A DNA stretch of 56,850 bases from a virus (taxonomy: Duplodnaviria > Caudoviricetes): positions 1 to 56,850 of the IMG/VR virus record IMGVR_UViG_3300046171_000223, one strand, 5' to 3'. Of this stretch, positions 39,088 through 48,648 are shown one piece after another. Position 1 is the stretch's first letter; the number at the start of each line of letters is the position of its first letter. The position numbers and the translations under genes were made by a program. Below the pieces are notes generated by a model. The model was given only the letters and a program-made list of their open reading frames with translations. It was not told the DNA's origin and searched no databases.

Positions 39088-39549
39088 TTAGCGGACGATT
39101 GCAACAGTAACTAGCTCTGAATCAAACGGATTATCAGATTCACTCCCACCAAGATTCCGAGTAACTAATATTCGTACTGATCCACTTAGTATGTCTGACG
39201 GTGATCTCACATTTACTAAACCAGGAAAATCAAAGTAATCTGTTGAATAATCGCCGATTGCATTTGAAACTACAGAATAGTTAGAATCTGGCAAAGCTGT
39301 TGCAAAGGTGATAGTATAATCCCCCCCAGACCCTCCGTTATCGGTTACGCCACTTACATTTCCGTTTGCTCGTCCTGTCCCAATACTGGCAGAACTACCG
39401 TCAAAATTTATCCACGCGCGACAAGCGTAAATGGGCGCAGAGCCTGTAGCGTTTAGACATCCTTTAATGTCAGTGCTTGAATTAAGCGTCACCGTGCCAC
39501 TGGATTCAGTCGCCAAACTGACACTGTTCAGTTGTATTTCACCTGCCAT
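39088..39549 (-). CDS. Tail fibre distal subunit
   Basis: ACRAWINFDG, NVSGVTDNG, DYTITFATALPDSNY. Confidence 0.7.
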   Translation of the reverse strand: MAGEIQLNSVSLATESSGTVTLNSSTDIKGCLNATGSAPIYACRAWINFDGSSASIGTGRANGNVSGVTDNGGSGGDYTITFATALPDSNYSVVSNAIGDYSTDYFDFPGLVNVRSPSDILSGSVRILVTRNLGGSESDNPFDSELVTVAIVR

Positions 39550-39550
39550 T

Positions 39551-39772
39551 TTAAGCCTTTAGATTTTTTAGTTCAGTCAGTGTTATGCAGGTTTCTACCT
39601 GTGCGGGTAAATCTCTAAGCACCTGTTTTTGTGCTACGATGACTGCCGTGTTTGCACCTGTTTCTAAAGCCCGTTGATACTGCACATCTAAGTCTTGAAG
39701 TTTTGGTAATCGTTCCTGTCGCAGACGGTCTGCGGTTACTATTTTCGCTTTGTCAAAATTTACCGTTATCAT
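39551..39772 (-). CDS. Tail fibre assembly chaperone-like protein
   Basis: LRQERLPKLQDLD...KQVLRDLP. Confidence 0.65.
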   Translation of the reverse strand: MITVNFDKAKIVTADRLRQERLPKLQDLDVQYQRALETGANTAVIVAQKQVLRDLPAQVETCITLTELKNLKA

Positions 39773-40009
39773 TTACGCACCATATCCATCGGGTGAACTA
39801 AAATCGGCTTCCCAAGCTGATCGAAACGATCTGTCGTAATTGCCATCATCATCTGTTGGTAAATCATCTGTGGTGATGTATTTAAATGGTTTCCCACTTG
39901 GTACGTCCTTGACTGCAATTTCTTCAACAGTCAGCCCACAATTTAAAACTGGGTGCAGTACCGAAATACCACCTTCATCGTTTGGGAAAATTACTATTCT
40001 GTTTGCCAT
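39773..40009 (-). CDS. Tail fibre-associated protein
   Basis: IAVKDVPSGKPF...DRSFRSAW. Confidence 0.65.
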   Translation of the reverse strand: MANRIVIFPNDEGGISVLHPVLNCGLTVEEIAVKDVPSGKPFKYITTDDLPTDDDGNYDRSFRSAWEADFSSPDGYGA

Positions 40010-40012
40010 ACT

Positions 40013-41986
40013 TTAAATCACGTTTAGGGTTCCGGTTATATTTAACGCACTCGCTGAAGTAAAATTTGCAAAACCGTGACTGATGACCAAATAACCAGCC
40101 ATCGTTCCACTACCACTAAAACTTGTGTTGCCAACATACATTCTGTTGGTCCCTGCGCTAATCGCTAGCGAGTCCGATACGGTTGAAGAGTGTTCGATGT
40201 AAGAACTACCAGAGCCACTACCACCGGTAGCTGATAAAACTCCTGTACTTGCATCAATACTTAAATTCGTTCCAACTTTGAAGCCACCTAATGCTGAAGC
40301 GGAAGCAATCGGAAGGCTATAATTGTTTGCGTTCGCAGCTATCCCGTCTAATTTCGTTTTATCTGTACTAGACATCAACCCGGTAGCAGAAGTTGTAGCT
40401 ACCGAATAAGTAGTATCGGTATCCGTTGCGTCAAGAACACCATTGGTAATTGTAAGGTTTGCACCGACTTTTATCCCACCGAGAACAGATGAAGATGCAG
40501 TAGGAAGCGAATAGTTGTTTGCGCTTGTTGCAACACTGTCCAATTTCGTCTTGTCTGAAGAAGACATTAAACCGTCGGCAGAAGTAGTCGCTACTGAATA
40601 CGTTGTATCTGTGTCGGTGGCATCGAGAACTCCGGTAGTGCTATTAATTGTCAGATTTGTGCCAACTTTAAAACCTCCTAGATCGTTTGCTGTAGCAATT
40701 GGTAAGGCATAATTATTAGCGTTTGTTGCTATCCCATCTAATTTCGTTTTGTCTGTACTAGACATCAGCCCATCAGCAGATGTAGTTGCTGCTGAATAAG
40801 TAGTGTCAGTGTCTGTTGCGTCTAATACACCCGTTGAATTATTAATTGTTAAATTAGCACCAACTTTGATACCACCTAAACTGTTTGTTGCTGCAATGGG
40901 TAAGGCGTAGTTGTTAGCACTTACTGCTATTCCATCTAATTTTGACTTATCTGTAGAAGACAGTAATCCATCAGCAGATGTAGTCGCTACTGAATAAGTA
41001 GTATCGGTATCCGTTGCGTCTAATACACCAGTTGAATTATTAATTGTTAAATTAGCACCAACTTTGATACCGCCTAAACTGTTTGCTGCTGCAATGGGTA
41101 AGGCATAATTATTAGCGTTTGTTGCTACCCCATCTAGCTTTGATTTGTCTGCAGAAGACAGTAATCCATCAGCAGATGTAGTCGCTACTGAATACGTTGT
41201 ATCTGTGTCAGTGGCATCAATCTGTTGGGTGCTGGTGTTGTAGGTCAGGTTTGCACCGAGACTCAGACTGACACCGATACTCCCACTTGTGGTAACAGGT
41301 GATCCTGTGACGCTAATTCCGTTTGATCCTGTGATGCCGACAGAAGTAACTGTGCCTGTTCCAGCAGCAACCCATTCAATATCATTCGTTGTGCTATTTA
41401 CTGCTAAAACTTTTCCTGCGTTGTTCGTGTAGCTTGGGAGAATGCCTGAAGCAGTCTGGGTTGGGAGAGTGACGTTGGAAGTAGTGGTTCCGTTGGAGAG
41501 ATCAAAGTTAATCGTGGTTGAGTTGACTTGATTGACATCTGTGACGCTTACTCCGTCACTTCCGTCTTGCCCATCTACTCCGTTGGTTCCGTTTGTGCCG
41601 GGATTCCCTTGATCTCCCTTTTGTCCTGTCGGGCCAGCAGGGATCGTAAAAGTAGGAGTGGTGCTGATACTGTAAGTTTGCCCGTCTTTTTGATAAGTAA
41701 AACTCATCGTGACTGTTGAAAGGTCAACAGACTGAGACAAGCTTACTGTATCGATTGCTGGGCCTTGCGGCCCTTCCGGGCCTTGGATATTTGCATTCGT
41801 CGGAATATCAGCATAGAAGGCAGAAAAATTAGCGTAAGTAGCATTGTTAGAATCTTGCACACCGGATGGCATGGGAATGTCATCAAGATCCAATAAAATC
41901 GGGTTAGTTTCTAGATCAGACCCTTTAACTTTTCTAGTTTGGAAGACAACGGTTTGACCTGCTGATCCTTGGACTGATACCGTCAT
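40013..41986 (-). CDS. Tail fibre protein with collagen-like segments and five 66-aa repeats
   Basis: GxY triplets; DGLMSSTDKTKLD and LGGIKVGANL repeats; ATGA overlap with adaptor gene. Confidence 0.85.
   Translation of the reverse strand: MTVSVQGSAGQTVVFQTRKVKGSDLETNPILLDLDDIPMPSGVQDSNNATYANFSAFYADIPTNANIQGPEGPQGPAIDTVSLSQSVDLSTVTMSFTYQKDGQTYSISTTPTFTIPAGPTGQKGDQGNPGTNGTNGVDGQDGSDGVSVTDVNQVNSTTINFDLSNGTTTSNVTLPTQTASGILPSYTNNAGKVLAVNSTTNDIEWVAAGTGTVTSVGITGSNGISVTGSPVTTSGSIGVSLSLGANLTYNTSTQQIDATDTDTTYSVATTSADGLLSSADKSKLDGVATNANNYALPIAAANSLGGIKVGANLTINNSTGVLDATDTDTTYSVATTSADGLLSSTDKSKLDGIAVSANNYALPIAATNSLGGIKVGANLTINNSTGVLDATDTDTTYSAATTSADGLMSSTDKTKLDGIATNANNYALPIATANDLGGFKVGTNLTINSTTGVLDATDTDTTYSVATTSADGLMSSSDKTKLDSVATSANNYSLPTASSSVLGGIKVGANLTITNGVLDATDTDTTYSVATTSATGLMSSTDKTKLDGIAANANNYSLPIASASALGGFKVGTNLSIDASTGVLSATGGSGSGSSYIEHSSTVSDSLAISAGTNRMYVGNTSFSGSGTMAGYLVISHGFANFTSASALNITGTLNVI
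40235..41218 (-). repeat. Five tandem ~198-bp coding repeats (one unit 192 bp)
   Basis: Unit DATDTDTTYS...TGVL; 984 bp = 328 codons. Confidence 0.9.
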
Positions 41987-43023
41987 ACCCACCTCCTGCT
42001 AACTTTCATCCGTACTCGGTTTGCTCCTCCTACTCGTCGGATTCTATTTTCATGTTCTTCTCGTCGGGCTTCAGCAACAAACTGCAGGAATCTCTCTCGG
42101 AAAGTACCACTTTTCTGGACGTTGCGGAGTTCGTTTTCTTTTAAGTACGCCCGTTCGACTGCCCCAAATACAAGTGCCTCGTGGAATCTAGACCCTATGA
42201 TAGGAACGTCTGTCCCTCCTCCTACATTCGCTAAAGTCTGCAGGGCATCTCGTGGTGGGTTCCTTGTTCCTTGCAGTTCTATAGACGGTAAAACTACGAT
42301 AGTACCCTGAAAGAACCCACCAGAATCATATAAGATGTCGGTTCCACTAATCGCGTCCACATCGGTAGTTGGAACCTGCAGTAAGTAATTACTGAATACA
42401 TTAGACGATACAAACGTGATGGATGCATTCGATACCGCACCAGTGTTGGTTGTGGTTTTTGTCAGGGTGATTGTTGTGCCACTGATCGAAGCAATTGCTG
42501 TCTTCTCGGGAATGTCGGAGTTCCCTCCGACATACATCCCAACCGTCAGGTCAGAAGCATCGGATACAATAATGTCGGTAGTTGTAGCGTCAAAGGAAGC
42601 GGTGACCGTACTGACAATGTTGCCAGCAGGAATAGGAAACAGACGAAACTTAGAAGCAGACTGATGATCCAAGACAACAGCCCGAATTGGCCCTGTCTGG
42701 GAACGCCAATCGGCATCAACCGATTCGTTTAGGAAGGTAGAGGATTCGTCAAGAACGGTAGGCGAGATAATAGGAATTTCAACGGCACGGTTGCGTACTC
42801 GTGCTCGTTGAATATCCATCAGGTCGGTTGGTACGTCATACTCCGCAACCAGACCCTGTAAATCTACGTTGGTAGTTAAAAGGGGGTAACCTGTGAGGCG
42901 GACGAATTCGTGTTGAGCATCAAAGAGGTAGTCATTGATTTCAGCGTCAGACCACCTTCGATTATCGGTATCTTGTAATAGTCGCTCAACTCTCGTTCGT
43001 AGTTGACCCAGATTGAGACTCAT
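41983..43023 (-). CDS. Head-tail adaptor protein with inserted beta-rich domain
   Basis: LGQLRTRVERLLQD...RWSDAEINDYL, FRLFPIP, RFHEALVFGAVERAYLK. Confidence 0.75.
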   Translation of the reverse strand: MSLNLGQLRTRVERLLQDTDNRRWSDAEINDYLFDAQHEFVRLTGYPLLTTNVDLQGLVAEYDVPTDLMDIQRARVRNRAVEIPIISPTVLDESSTFLNESVDADWRSQTGPIRAVVLDHQSASKFRLFPIPAGNIVSTVTASFDATTTDIIVSDASDLTVGMYVGGNSDIPEKTAIASISGTTITLTKTTTNTGAVSNASITFVSSNVFSNYLLQVPTTDVDAISGTDILYDSGGFFQGTIVVLPSIELQGTRNPPRDALQTLANVGGGTDVPIIGSRFHEALVFGAVERAYLKENELRNVQKSGTFRERFLQFVAEARREEHENRIRRVGGANRVRMKVSRRWV

Positions 43024-43504
43024 CTTCTCCTACAGTGTAGTTGTGCTTCCGTTTTGGAGGTGCTTTTACCGTTTTTGCTTCTGATTTGGCAGCATTCCCA
43101 GAGTCGGGGTCGATCAACACAGGAGAATTCTTAGGGGGTACAATCAGGGTAACCGGAAATCGTGGTCTACGATATCCTTCGGGAGGTCGAGAGTATTGAG
43201 TCTGAGTGTATTCAGTCTCGTAACACTCATTCATTAGACGGTTTATGTGGATGGCAGAGACTACTCTTGCGCTTCCTCTCGGAATCACTACTCGGAAACC
43301 GTTAATTGACGAAGCTACTTCATTCGTGTCATGAACATCTCGACCCATTTCAATACGGATTACACCGTATCCATCAGGGACACTGGCAGGATCTCCGTCC
43401 CACTCTTTCGCTAGATTAGCGTGAGCAGATACTTGAGAAAACCGTCCAATACCGGGGTTGTAGTAAGATTGGGAAAGAGATGGTTCGTAGTATTGTTGAG
43501 CCAT
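42986..43504 (-). CDS. Hypothetical virion-module protein
   Basis: 172-aa ORF between capsid and adaptor genes; SING...IPRG motif. Confidence 0.7.
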   Translation of the reverse strand: MAQQYYEPSLSQSYYNPGIGRFSQVSAHANLAKEWDGDPASVPDGYGVIRIEMGRDVHDTNEVASSINGFRVVIPRGSARVVSAIHINRLMNECYETEYTQTQYSRPPEGYRRPRFPVTLIVPPKNSPVLIDPDSGNAAKSEAKTVKAPPKRKHNYTVGEDESQSGSTTNES

Positions 43505-43525
43505 TTAAACTTCTAATTATACGGT

Positions 43526-43574
43526 AAAAAGAAGAAAGTCGCAAGACAACCAACCGGAGTCAATTGCCTTGCGA
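43526..43574 (-). terminator. Rho-independent terminator after capsid/decoration genes
   Basis: Minus strand TCGCAAGGCAATTGA...TTGGTTGTCTTGCGA then CTTTCTTCTTTTT. Confidence 0.65.
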
Positions 43575-43580
43575 GAGAGG

Positions 43581-43988
43581 TTATACCAACTGGGTTGGGT
43601 AAGAATTGGAGTCGAAGCGATAGTTCACCCAGACGTATACTACTCCTGCAGTATTTGCTGCGGTTCCAGTTACGCTTACTCGTACAATCTGGTCAGCAGG
43701 TACAGAGGTCATTCGATCCCCTGCATCTACACCAGCTACTCCAGCAGACCCACCCGATCCAGCATCGATTGCTGTGCCAGTATAGTCATTTGCTGTGGTA
43801 GTGTTCCCTAGATTGATGTCTGCGTTTGCCACCCCGAAAAGGGTTTTCTTGACAACAACAATGTCATCAATGATTGCCCCAATTGGAAGCTTGATGTCAT
43901 AGACATCTGTTCCGTTTTTGACAGATGTGATCTTAATGTGCTCCGACGTTTGTGGCACATAAGACATCTGCATTTTATCACTCTTCAT
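43581..43988 (-). CDS. Putative capsid decoration/cement protein
   Basis: Beta-rich 135 aa directly after the capsid gene; AAGGAG RBS. Confidence 0.6.
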   Translation of the reverse strand: MKSDKMQMSYVPQTSEHIKITSVKNGTDVYDIKLPIGAIIDDIVVVKKTLFGVANADINLGNTTTANDYTGTAIDAGSGGSAGVAGVDAGDRMTSVPADQIVRVSVTGTAANTAGVVYVWVNYRFDSNSYPTQLV

Positions 43989-44011
43989 AATATCTCCTTA
44001 TAGATGAGAGT

Positions 44012-44038
44012 GTCTCGGGGTCTTAACAGTCCCGAGAC
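44012..44038. other. Hairpin after the capsid gene using the TCGGGGTCTTA half-site
   Basis: GTCTCGGGG-tcttaacag-TCCCGAGAC. Confidence 0.55.
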
Positions 44039-44048
44039 TTATTGGTTA

Positions 44049-45150
44049 TCAGCTATTCGCACCGTAGAGAGTTCCGGCAGTTGGTTCGGTCAGAGCAGTT
44101 ACACCTGTTTCAATTGTAATGATCCAATCCTCGTTGAGAATTAACTGACCATGCATGAATGTGTATCCTACTGTACCACGTTGACCCAAGGGATCGGTTC
44201 CGCTAGGTGTCGGGCGTACAACTTTAGGAACGATGCTGTCCATCCCTCCGATAGTTGCAGTGCCTACAGCATCTTTTGCGAAAATCACAATCGGGTAAAC
44301 TTCTGCCCGAGTACCACTAGCATCTTCTACTAGAGAAGTTCCTGTAGCACCTGCACCGATTGAGTTATCACCGTTATAATCAAAAGCAACTGCTTGAGTG
44401 GTTACGAGGAAGCGTACTCCCTTGTAAGAGCCGATCTCATAGTCCATTGCTTGTGAGCTATTGGCGTACTGCTCGACAGGTACGAAACCAGCTAGATTCT
44501 CTAGGTCGTAGCGTAGAATCGGGTGGCAGATCGCAACATAGCTAGGTCGCAAAGGTTGCGTTGAAACGTCAGGAGTTGCGGCTAGCATCTCGGTCAGTTT
44601 CTCTGCATCCAAACCCTCTAAGTGTCGAATTGCAGCATCAAGGTCAGCAGTAGTTACTACCGCATTCACTTGATCTCGTTGAGTATTCTTTGTACCACCT
44701 GTTGAGCCAGCATAGATCGTATTCGCAGGATTGCGGAACGTCTTGTAGCAGAGTAGGTCGATTACTTCTGCAGCTTGCTGCGCTTGTCTCTCTGTAATGA
44801 TACTGACGTATGGGTCTTGACCAAGGAGTTCCATCAGATCCGGTCACAGGCACATATCTACCGTACTGGCGGATGGTTGTGCTAATGACTTCGCTTTCTA
44901 GCTGGTCAAAATCGGGAGTCACACCCTCACCCAACGGGGTGTCATTCAGAGGAAATTTCTTATACCGTCTATGTCGCATGACGTTGCCATCATTACGACC
45001 TTTGGTATCTTTTTGAGCAAACCGTGCAAAGGTTAAGTTCTTTTTCGCAACGGGCAGCATCTTTGACTGAATAGTGAGTGCGTCTTCCGTACTCAGGTCT
45101 CCGTAAAGATTACCGCTAGTCGTTGCGAATGCGGTAGTTGTAATAGCCAT
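44049..45150 (-). CDS. Major capsid protein (N4-gp56-like), 1-bp frameshift near 44841
   Basis: PLGEGVTP, QYGRY | MELLGQDP, HP...DL, YEIGSYKGVRF, DPLGQRGTVG; AGGAG RBS. Confidence 0.88.
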
Positions 45151-45163
45151 TTTAATCTCCTAG

Positions 45164-46111
45164 TTATCCTGTATTCATTAGTTGTGACCAGAACTTACTT
45201 TTATCGTCTGGTGTACTGATCGGTGCTGGGGGTTTTCTTTGAACAGGCTTTCGGGAAACCACTGTCGATGCTGTCTTTCTTCTCTCTCCCCTCTTAGTGG
45301 TGTCTACTTCCACTTCCGGTTTTGTTTCAGCTTCTGGTCGGATAGCTTCGGATGGGTACTCATAAAGAAAAGATCGCATCAGATCTACAAACCCGGACGA
45401 ATCCGAAAAGTCTGTGACCACTGATTTCCGCCACTTGTTCGATAAAACCCACTGAGCGAAAGTCGGATTGTTGAAATCCAGATCTCTCGCATTAGTAATC
45501 CCAAGTTGTTCATTGGCTTCCCGGTGTCGTTGGGCAAGCGCATTCTCAACCTGTCGGGCTTGTCGTTCTTTCCGGGCTACTTCTAAGTCCGGTTCAACCG
45601 ACTGTCTCACTGAGTTGATCCGTTCTTCAATCAAGTGATTGATTCCTCGGAACAAATCAGGAAACGCTTCGATTTCATCCCTCACATCTGCTGGCATTGA
45701 CGCTAGCAACTCCTTCAGATCCTGTTTAGAAACTGTCGGTGTTGGTTCGGGATTCGGTTGAGATTGAACGTCCCTCACAGATTGCAACTGTCCTTGCAAC
45801 TGCTGAAGGGTGTCCTTCATCTCCTTGTTTTCAGCCTTTAATTGCTGAATGAAAGCCTGTGAATCTCGGAACCGTTTGACCAGCTTCGGGTCATTGAGAA
45901 GCTCATCTTTCGGTGCTTCCGGTTCAGGCTCTGGTTCAATTTGAGGTTCCGGTTCAGGCTCTGGTTCCGGTTCCTCGGCTTTGGGTTCTGGTTTTGGCTT
46001 TTCCTGAACAATTGATGACCACAGTTCTGCAGGACTTATTTCAGCAGGGGTCTCTTCTACTGAAACGTCTTCCTCTACTTCCACAACCTCTGTGGTTTCC
46101 TGTTCTGCCAT
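45164..46111 (-). CDS. Putative scaffolding protein
   Basis: Acidic EP-rich N-terminus, coiled coil, position upstream of capsid. Confidence 0.7.
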   Translation of the reverse strand: MAEQETTEVVEVEEDVSVEETPAEISPAELWSSIVQEKPKPEPKAEEPEPEPEPEPQIEPEPEPEAPKDELLNDPKLVKRFRDSQAFIQQLKAENKEMKDTLQQLQGQLQSVRDVQSQPNPEPTPTVSKQDLKELLASMPADVRDEIEAFPDLFRGINHLIEERINSVRQSVEPDLEVARKERQARQVENALAQRHREANEQLGITNARDLDFNNPTFAQWVLSNKWRKSVVTDFSDSSGFVDLMRSFLYEYPSEAIRPEAETKPEVEVDTTKRGERRKTASTVVSRKPVQRKPPAPISTPDDKSKFWSQLMNTG

Positions 46112-46123
46112 AAAAAGTCTTCC

Positions 46124-46366
46124 TTAGAGTTGAAGTTTGTCCGGGTACGCTAGAATTTCTTTAAAGGCTTGAACTCTACCTACCCGGACATTGTGACTGT
46201 GAAGATCGTCATTACTGACTGACTGTGAAAGCCTCTCTTGCTCCGCTAGGATTTTGGTTCTGATCCACTCCTCTATATGTTGCCATATCTTGCTCTGTCG
46301 TAAGACCCCGATTTCCTCGGGAGTTAGAGGGTACTGCTGGGGGTTGTTGGCTTGCCATTTGTTCAC
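46124..46366 (-). CDS. Small portal-adjacent protein overlapping the portal 3' end
   Basis: GTG 46366 with GAGGA RBS; WQHIEEWI...GRVQAFKEIL...P. Confidence 0.6.
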   Translation of the reverse strand: MNKWQANNPQQYPLTPEEIGVLRQSKIWQHIEEWIRTKILAEQERLSQSVSNDDLHSHNVRVGRVQAFKEILAYPDKLQL

Positions 46367-48506
46367 GAGAAAGTTCCTCGGCAATCATTTGACGTTCTAA
46401 TTCTTGTTGTTGTTGGGCTTGAGCTTGTTGCATCTGCTGCTGCTCCAACTTCCTCAACTCTTCTTTTATCAACACGGAAAGATCAGAAAAATCAGTAGGT
46501 TGTACTGGTTGTCCCTGATCCATCATCTTGAGAATCCGTTGAATCTCTAAATCTCTACGTTGTTGTCCGATGCTCTGGCGTTCATCTAGTGCAGCTTTCA
46601 GTCGAGTTAACTGTTCTTCAATCTGCCCTTCCTGCAGTTTCTGTTGCGCTTCCATTTGCATTTTCATCTGGATCGCTTGCTCTTGCTGCTGCTGATCTCT
46701 CTGTTTTTCTTCAGGAGATTTGAGCAGAGCATCAGGTTCTAACTGGAAAGCATCCAGTATTGGCTTTGCTAATCGCTCAATCCGCATTTCCTGCGCTAGT
46801 TGCGGTAGTTGCTGAAGAACCTGCATAAATTGCAAGAGTTGCTGATTATGCACCTCCTCTGCGACATATCTCTCATAACCTGTGCAGAGTGCTTCCGCAT
46901 CACAGTGCAGATCAGGATCGTCGGTATCAACTAGAATCCACCGATAGATTCCGTTCAGCGCACCTCTCAACATGTCGGAAATAGACTGTACAACAGCAGC
47001 AGTTTGACGTTGCTGATTGCTGTTGAGAATACTCATTCCGGTGGCAGTACGGGTCTGGTAGCTTGCTGTCTGACCCATCCCAATCGGAGATTGTCCTGAT
47101 GAAAGATTCGCTTCTCTCTGCAGGAACTGCATGAACTCCATCAGACCGTGTGTCACATCAGGAATTACAATCGGCCTGAAAGCACTGGAAACGTCTGCGC
47201 CCGGAGCAAATTGCCATACCTTGCCGGGGTATAAGTCTGTTGGGTCTTCGTTAGCCGCAAGCTGACTTGCGTCCATCCCAACCATTGGTACGGAAGATAA
47301 CTCCTTCCCTTCGACATACATTGACATCGTAAAGTTGATTAGAGACTGTAAGTCCCGAATCGACCAGTAGATCCCATCACCCCAGATAGAGTGCGTATTC
47401 TGTTGCCAATAGGCGAAATGATAAGGAAGAGTACTATCGTAGGGATTGATCACAGACTTGATGACACGGTCTCCCAGTACTGTAATACAGACAGGGAGTA
47501 CCAACATCTCTTCCATATCCTGAATATCCAGATACCCTTCTAGATCTTCTTTGTCTAAGGTTCCCCAGAATTCAAGTAATTCATACTCTTTCTCTTCTTC
47601 CTGAAAGGACTCCTGATGAGGATTTAGTGGTTCCTCATAATGATATGCACCGATGTTTGTTTTGCGTTGTAAGACATCGGCAATCGCTTCTGCATCATAG
47701 CCAGTTTCCGTAGTCAACAATTGTCTGGCTTGCACACTGGAAATGCTGGTGCGCTCAACGATGTAACTTACATCGTCTAAAGAAGTTGCTTCAGGAGAAG
47801 GGTAAAGGTTAAAGCAAGAAACAAATTTTACTGTCGGGGTAAGTTCTGCCTCAACCGCACTTTCTATATTCTCTAACCGTCCTGAAAACTTCCCTGAATA
47901 TACCGGATAGTTCCTTCGCATCAGCACTGGAGACTTGAGAACTCCTGTGCCGTGTAGACACATTTCGTGTAGTGCTTTGCCGATTTCCTTAATGAAATGC
48001 GTCTGATCAAGGATGTCTCGGATTCTCTGCTCCATATTCCTTGCACGATCCTCTAAGATCTCATGCAACGGAAGATGCTTGGCTAACTCCTTGATATATT
48101 GCGTTCTCTCCTTATCTGACATATCTGGCATACCTTCAGCCATCTGATGGATGTCAGCAGGAATAAAACGAGGTTGTCTTGAGGGTTTGATCGTGAAAGG
48201 GATCTTGTTGTTCTGAAACAACATCGCATTGATCTTGATATGCGCTGAATTAACTTCCCTTCTCGTCAGGTTCATAAAGGGAGGGTTTTTGCCACTCTCT
48301 TTATGCAGATCATTTACATAAACTCCGTTGTACGCATCATCTCCGGGTAGCCACCTTTCACTGTCGAGAGTCCTCCGAAAATCACGGGCTGTTTCAAACT
48401 TTTCTCGGACTAAAGTAGCTAGCTCATCTTTATCTAAAGGCTCTGTTTCTCGTAAGTCCTCAATACTATCGGGATCTGTTGGTACTGCTGGATCAATCAA
48501 GGTCAC
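46212..48506 (-). CDS. Portal protein
   Basis: HGTGVLK, NLYPSP, LEFWG, WGDGI, PGKVW, RTATGM; Gln-rich barrel; follows TerL. Confidence 0.88.
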   Translation of the reverse strand: MTLIDPAVPTDPDSIEDLRETEPLDKDELATLVREKFETARDFRRTLDSERWLPGDDAYNGVYVNDLHKESGKNPPFMNLTRREVNSAHIKINAMLFQNNKIPFTIKPSRQPRFIPADIHQMAEGMPDMSDKERTQYIKELAKHLPLHEILEDRARNMEQRIRDILDQTHFIKEIGKALHEMCLHGTGVLKSPVLMRRNYPVYSGKFSGRLENIESAVEAELTPTVKFVSCFNLYPSPEATSLDDVSYIVERTSISSVQARQLLTTETGYDAEAIADVLQRKTNIGAYHYEEPLNPHQESFQEEEKEYELLEFWGTLDKEDLEGYLDIQDMEEMLVLPVCITVLGDRVIKSVINPYDSTLPYHFAYWQQNTHSIWGDGIYWSIRDLQSLINFTMSMYVEGKELSSVPMVGMDASQLAANEDPTDLYPGKVWQFAPGADVSSAFRPIVIPDVTHGLMEFMQFLQREANLSSGQSPIGMGQTASYQTRTATGMSILNSNQQRQTAAVVQSISDMLRGALNGIYRWILVDTDDPDLHCDAEALCTGYERYVAEEVHNQQLLQFMQVLQQLPQLAQEMRIERLAKPILDAFQLEPDALLKSPEEKQRDQQQQEQAIQMKMQMEAQQKLQEGQIEEQLTRLKAALDERQSIGQQRRDLEIQRILKMMDQGQPVQPTDFSDLSVLIKEELRKLEQQQMQQAQAQQQQELERQMIAEELSREQMASQQPPAVPSNSRGNRGLTTEQDMATYRGVDQNQNPSGAREAFTVSQ

Positions 48507-48648
48507 TCTCCACTTCTTTTAGGGTGTCCAGCAAAGCCTCTGATATACGTTCATTGATATCAATTAATTCAAAAGACGAGAACGCATCATTTCGCTTTTC
48601 TTCAATAAGATATTTCCACTCTTTAAGTAATTCCGTGACCTCAGACAT
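48493..48648 (-). CDS. Small hypothetical protein between TerL and portal
   Basis: MSEVTELLKEWKYLIEEK...; overlaps both neighbours. Confidence 0.55.
   Translation of the reverse strand: MSEVTELLKEWKYLIEEKRNDAFSSFELIDINERISEALLDTLKEVESDLD

Noticed and set aside
39088-41986. Diversity-generating retroelement acting on tail fibres
   Set aside because: No reverse transcriptase and no adenine-specific template/variable repeat pair seen
44830-44850. Programmed frameshift in the capsid gene
   Set aside because: No slippery sequence; the break is mid-fold and removing one base restores VPVTDLMELL, so a sequencing indel is more likely
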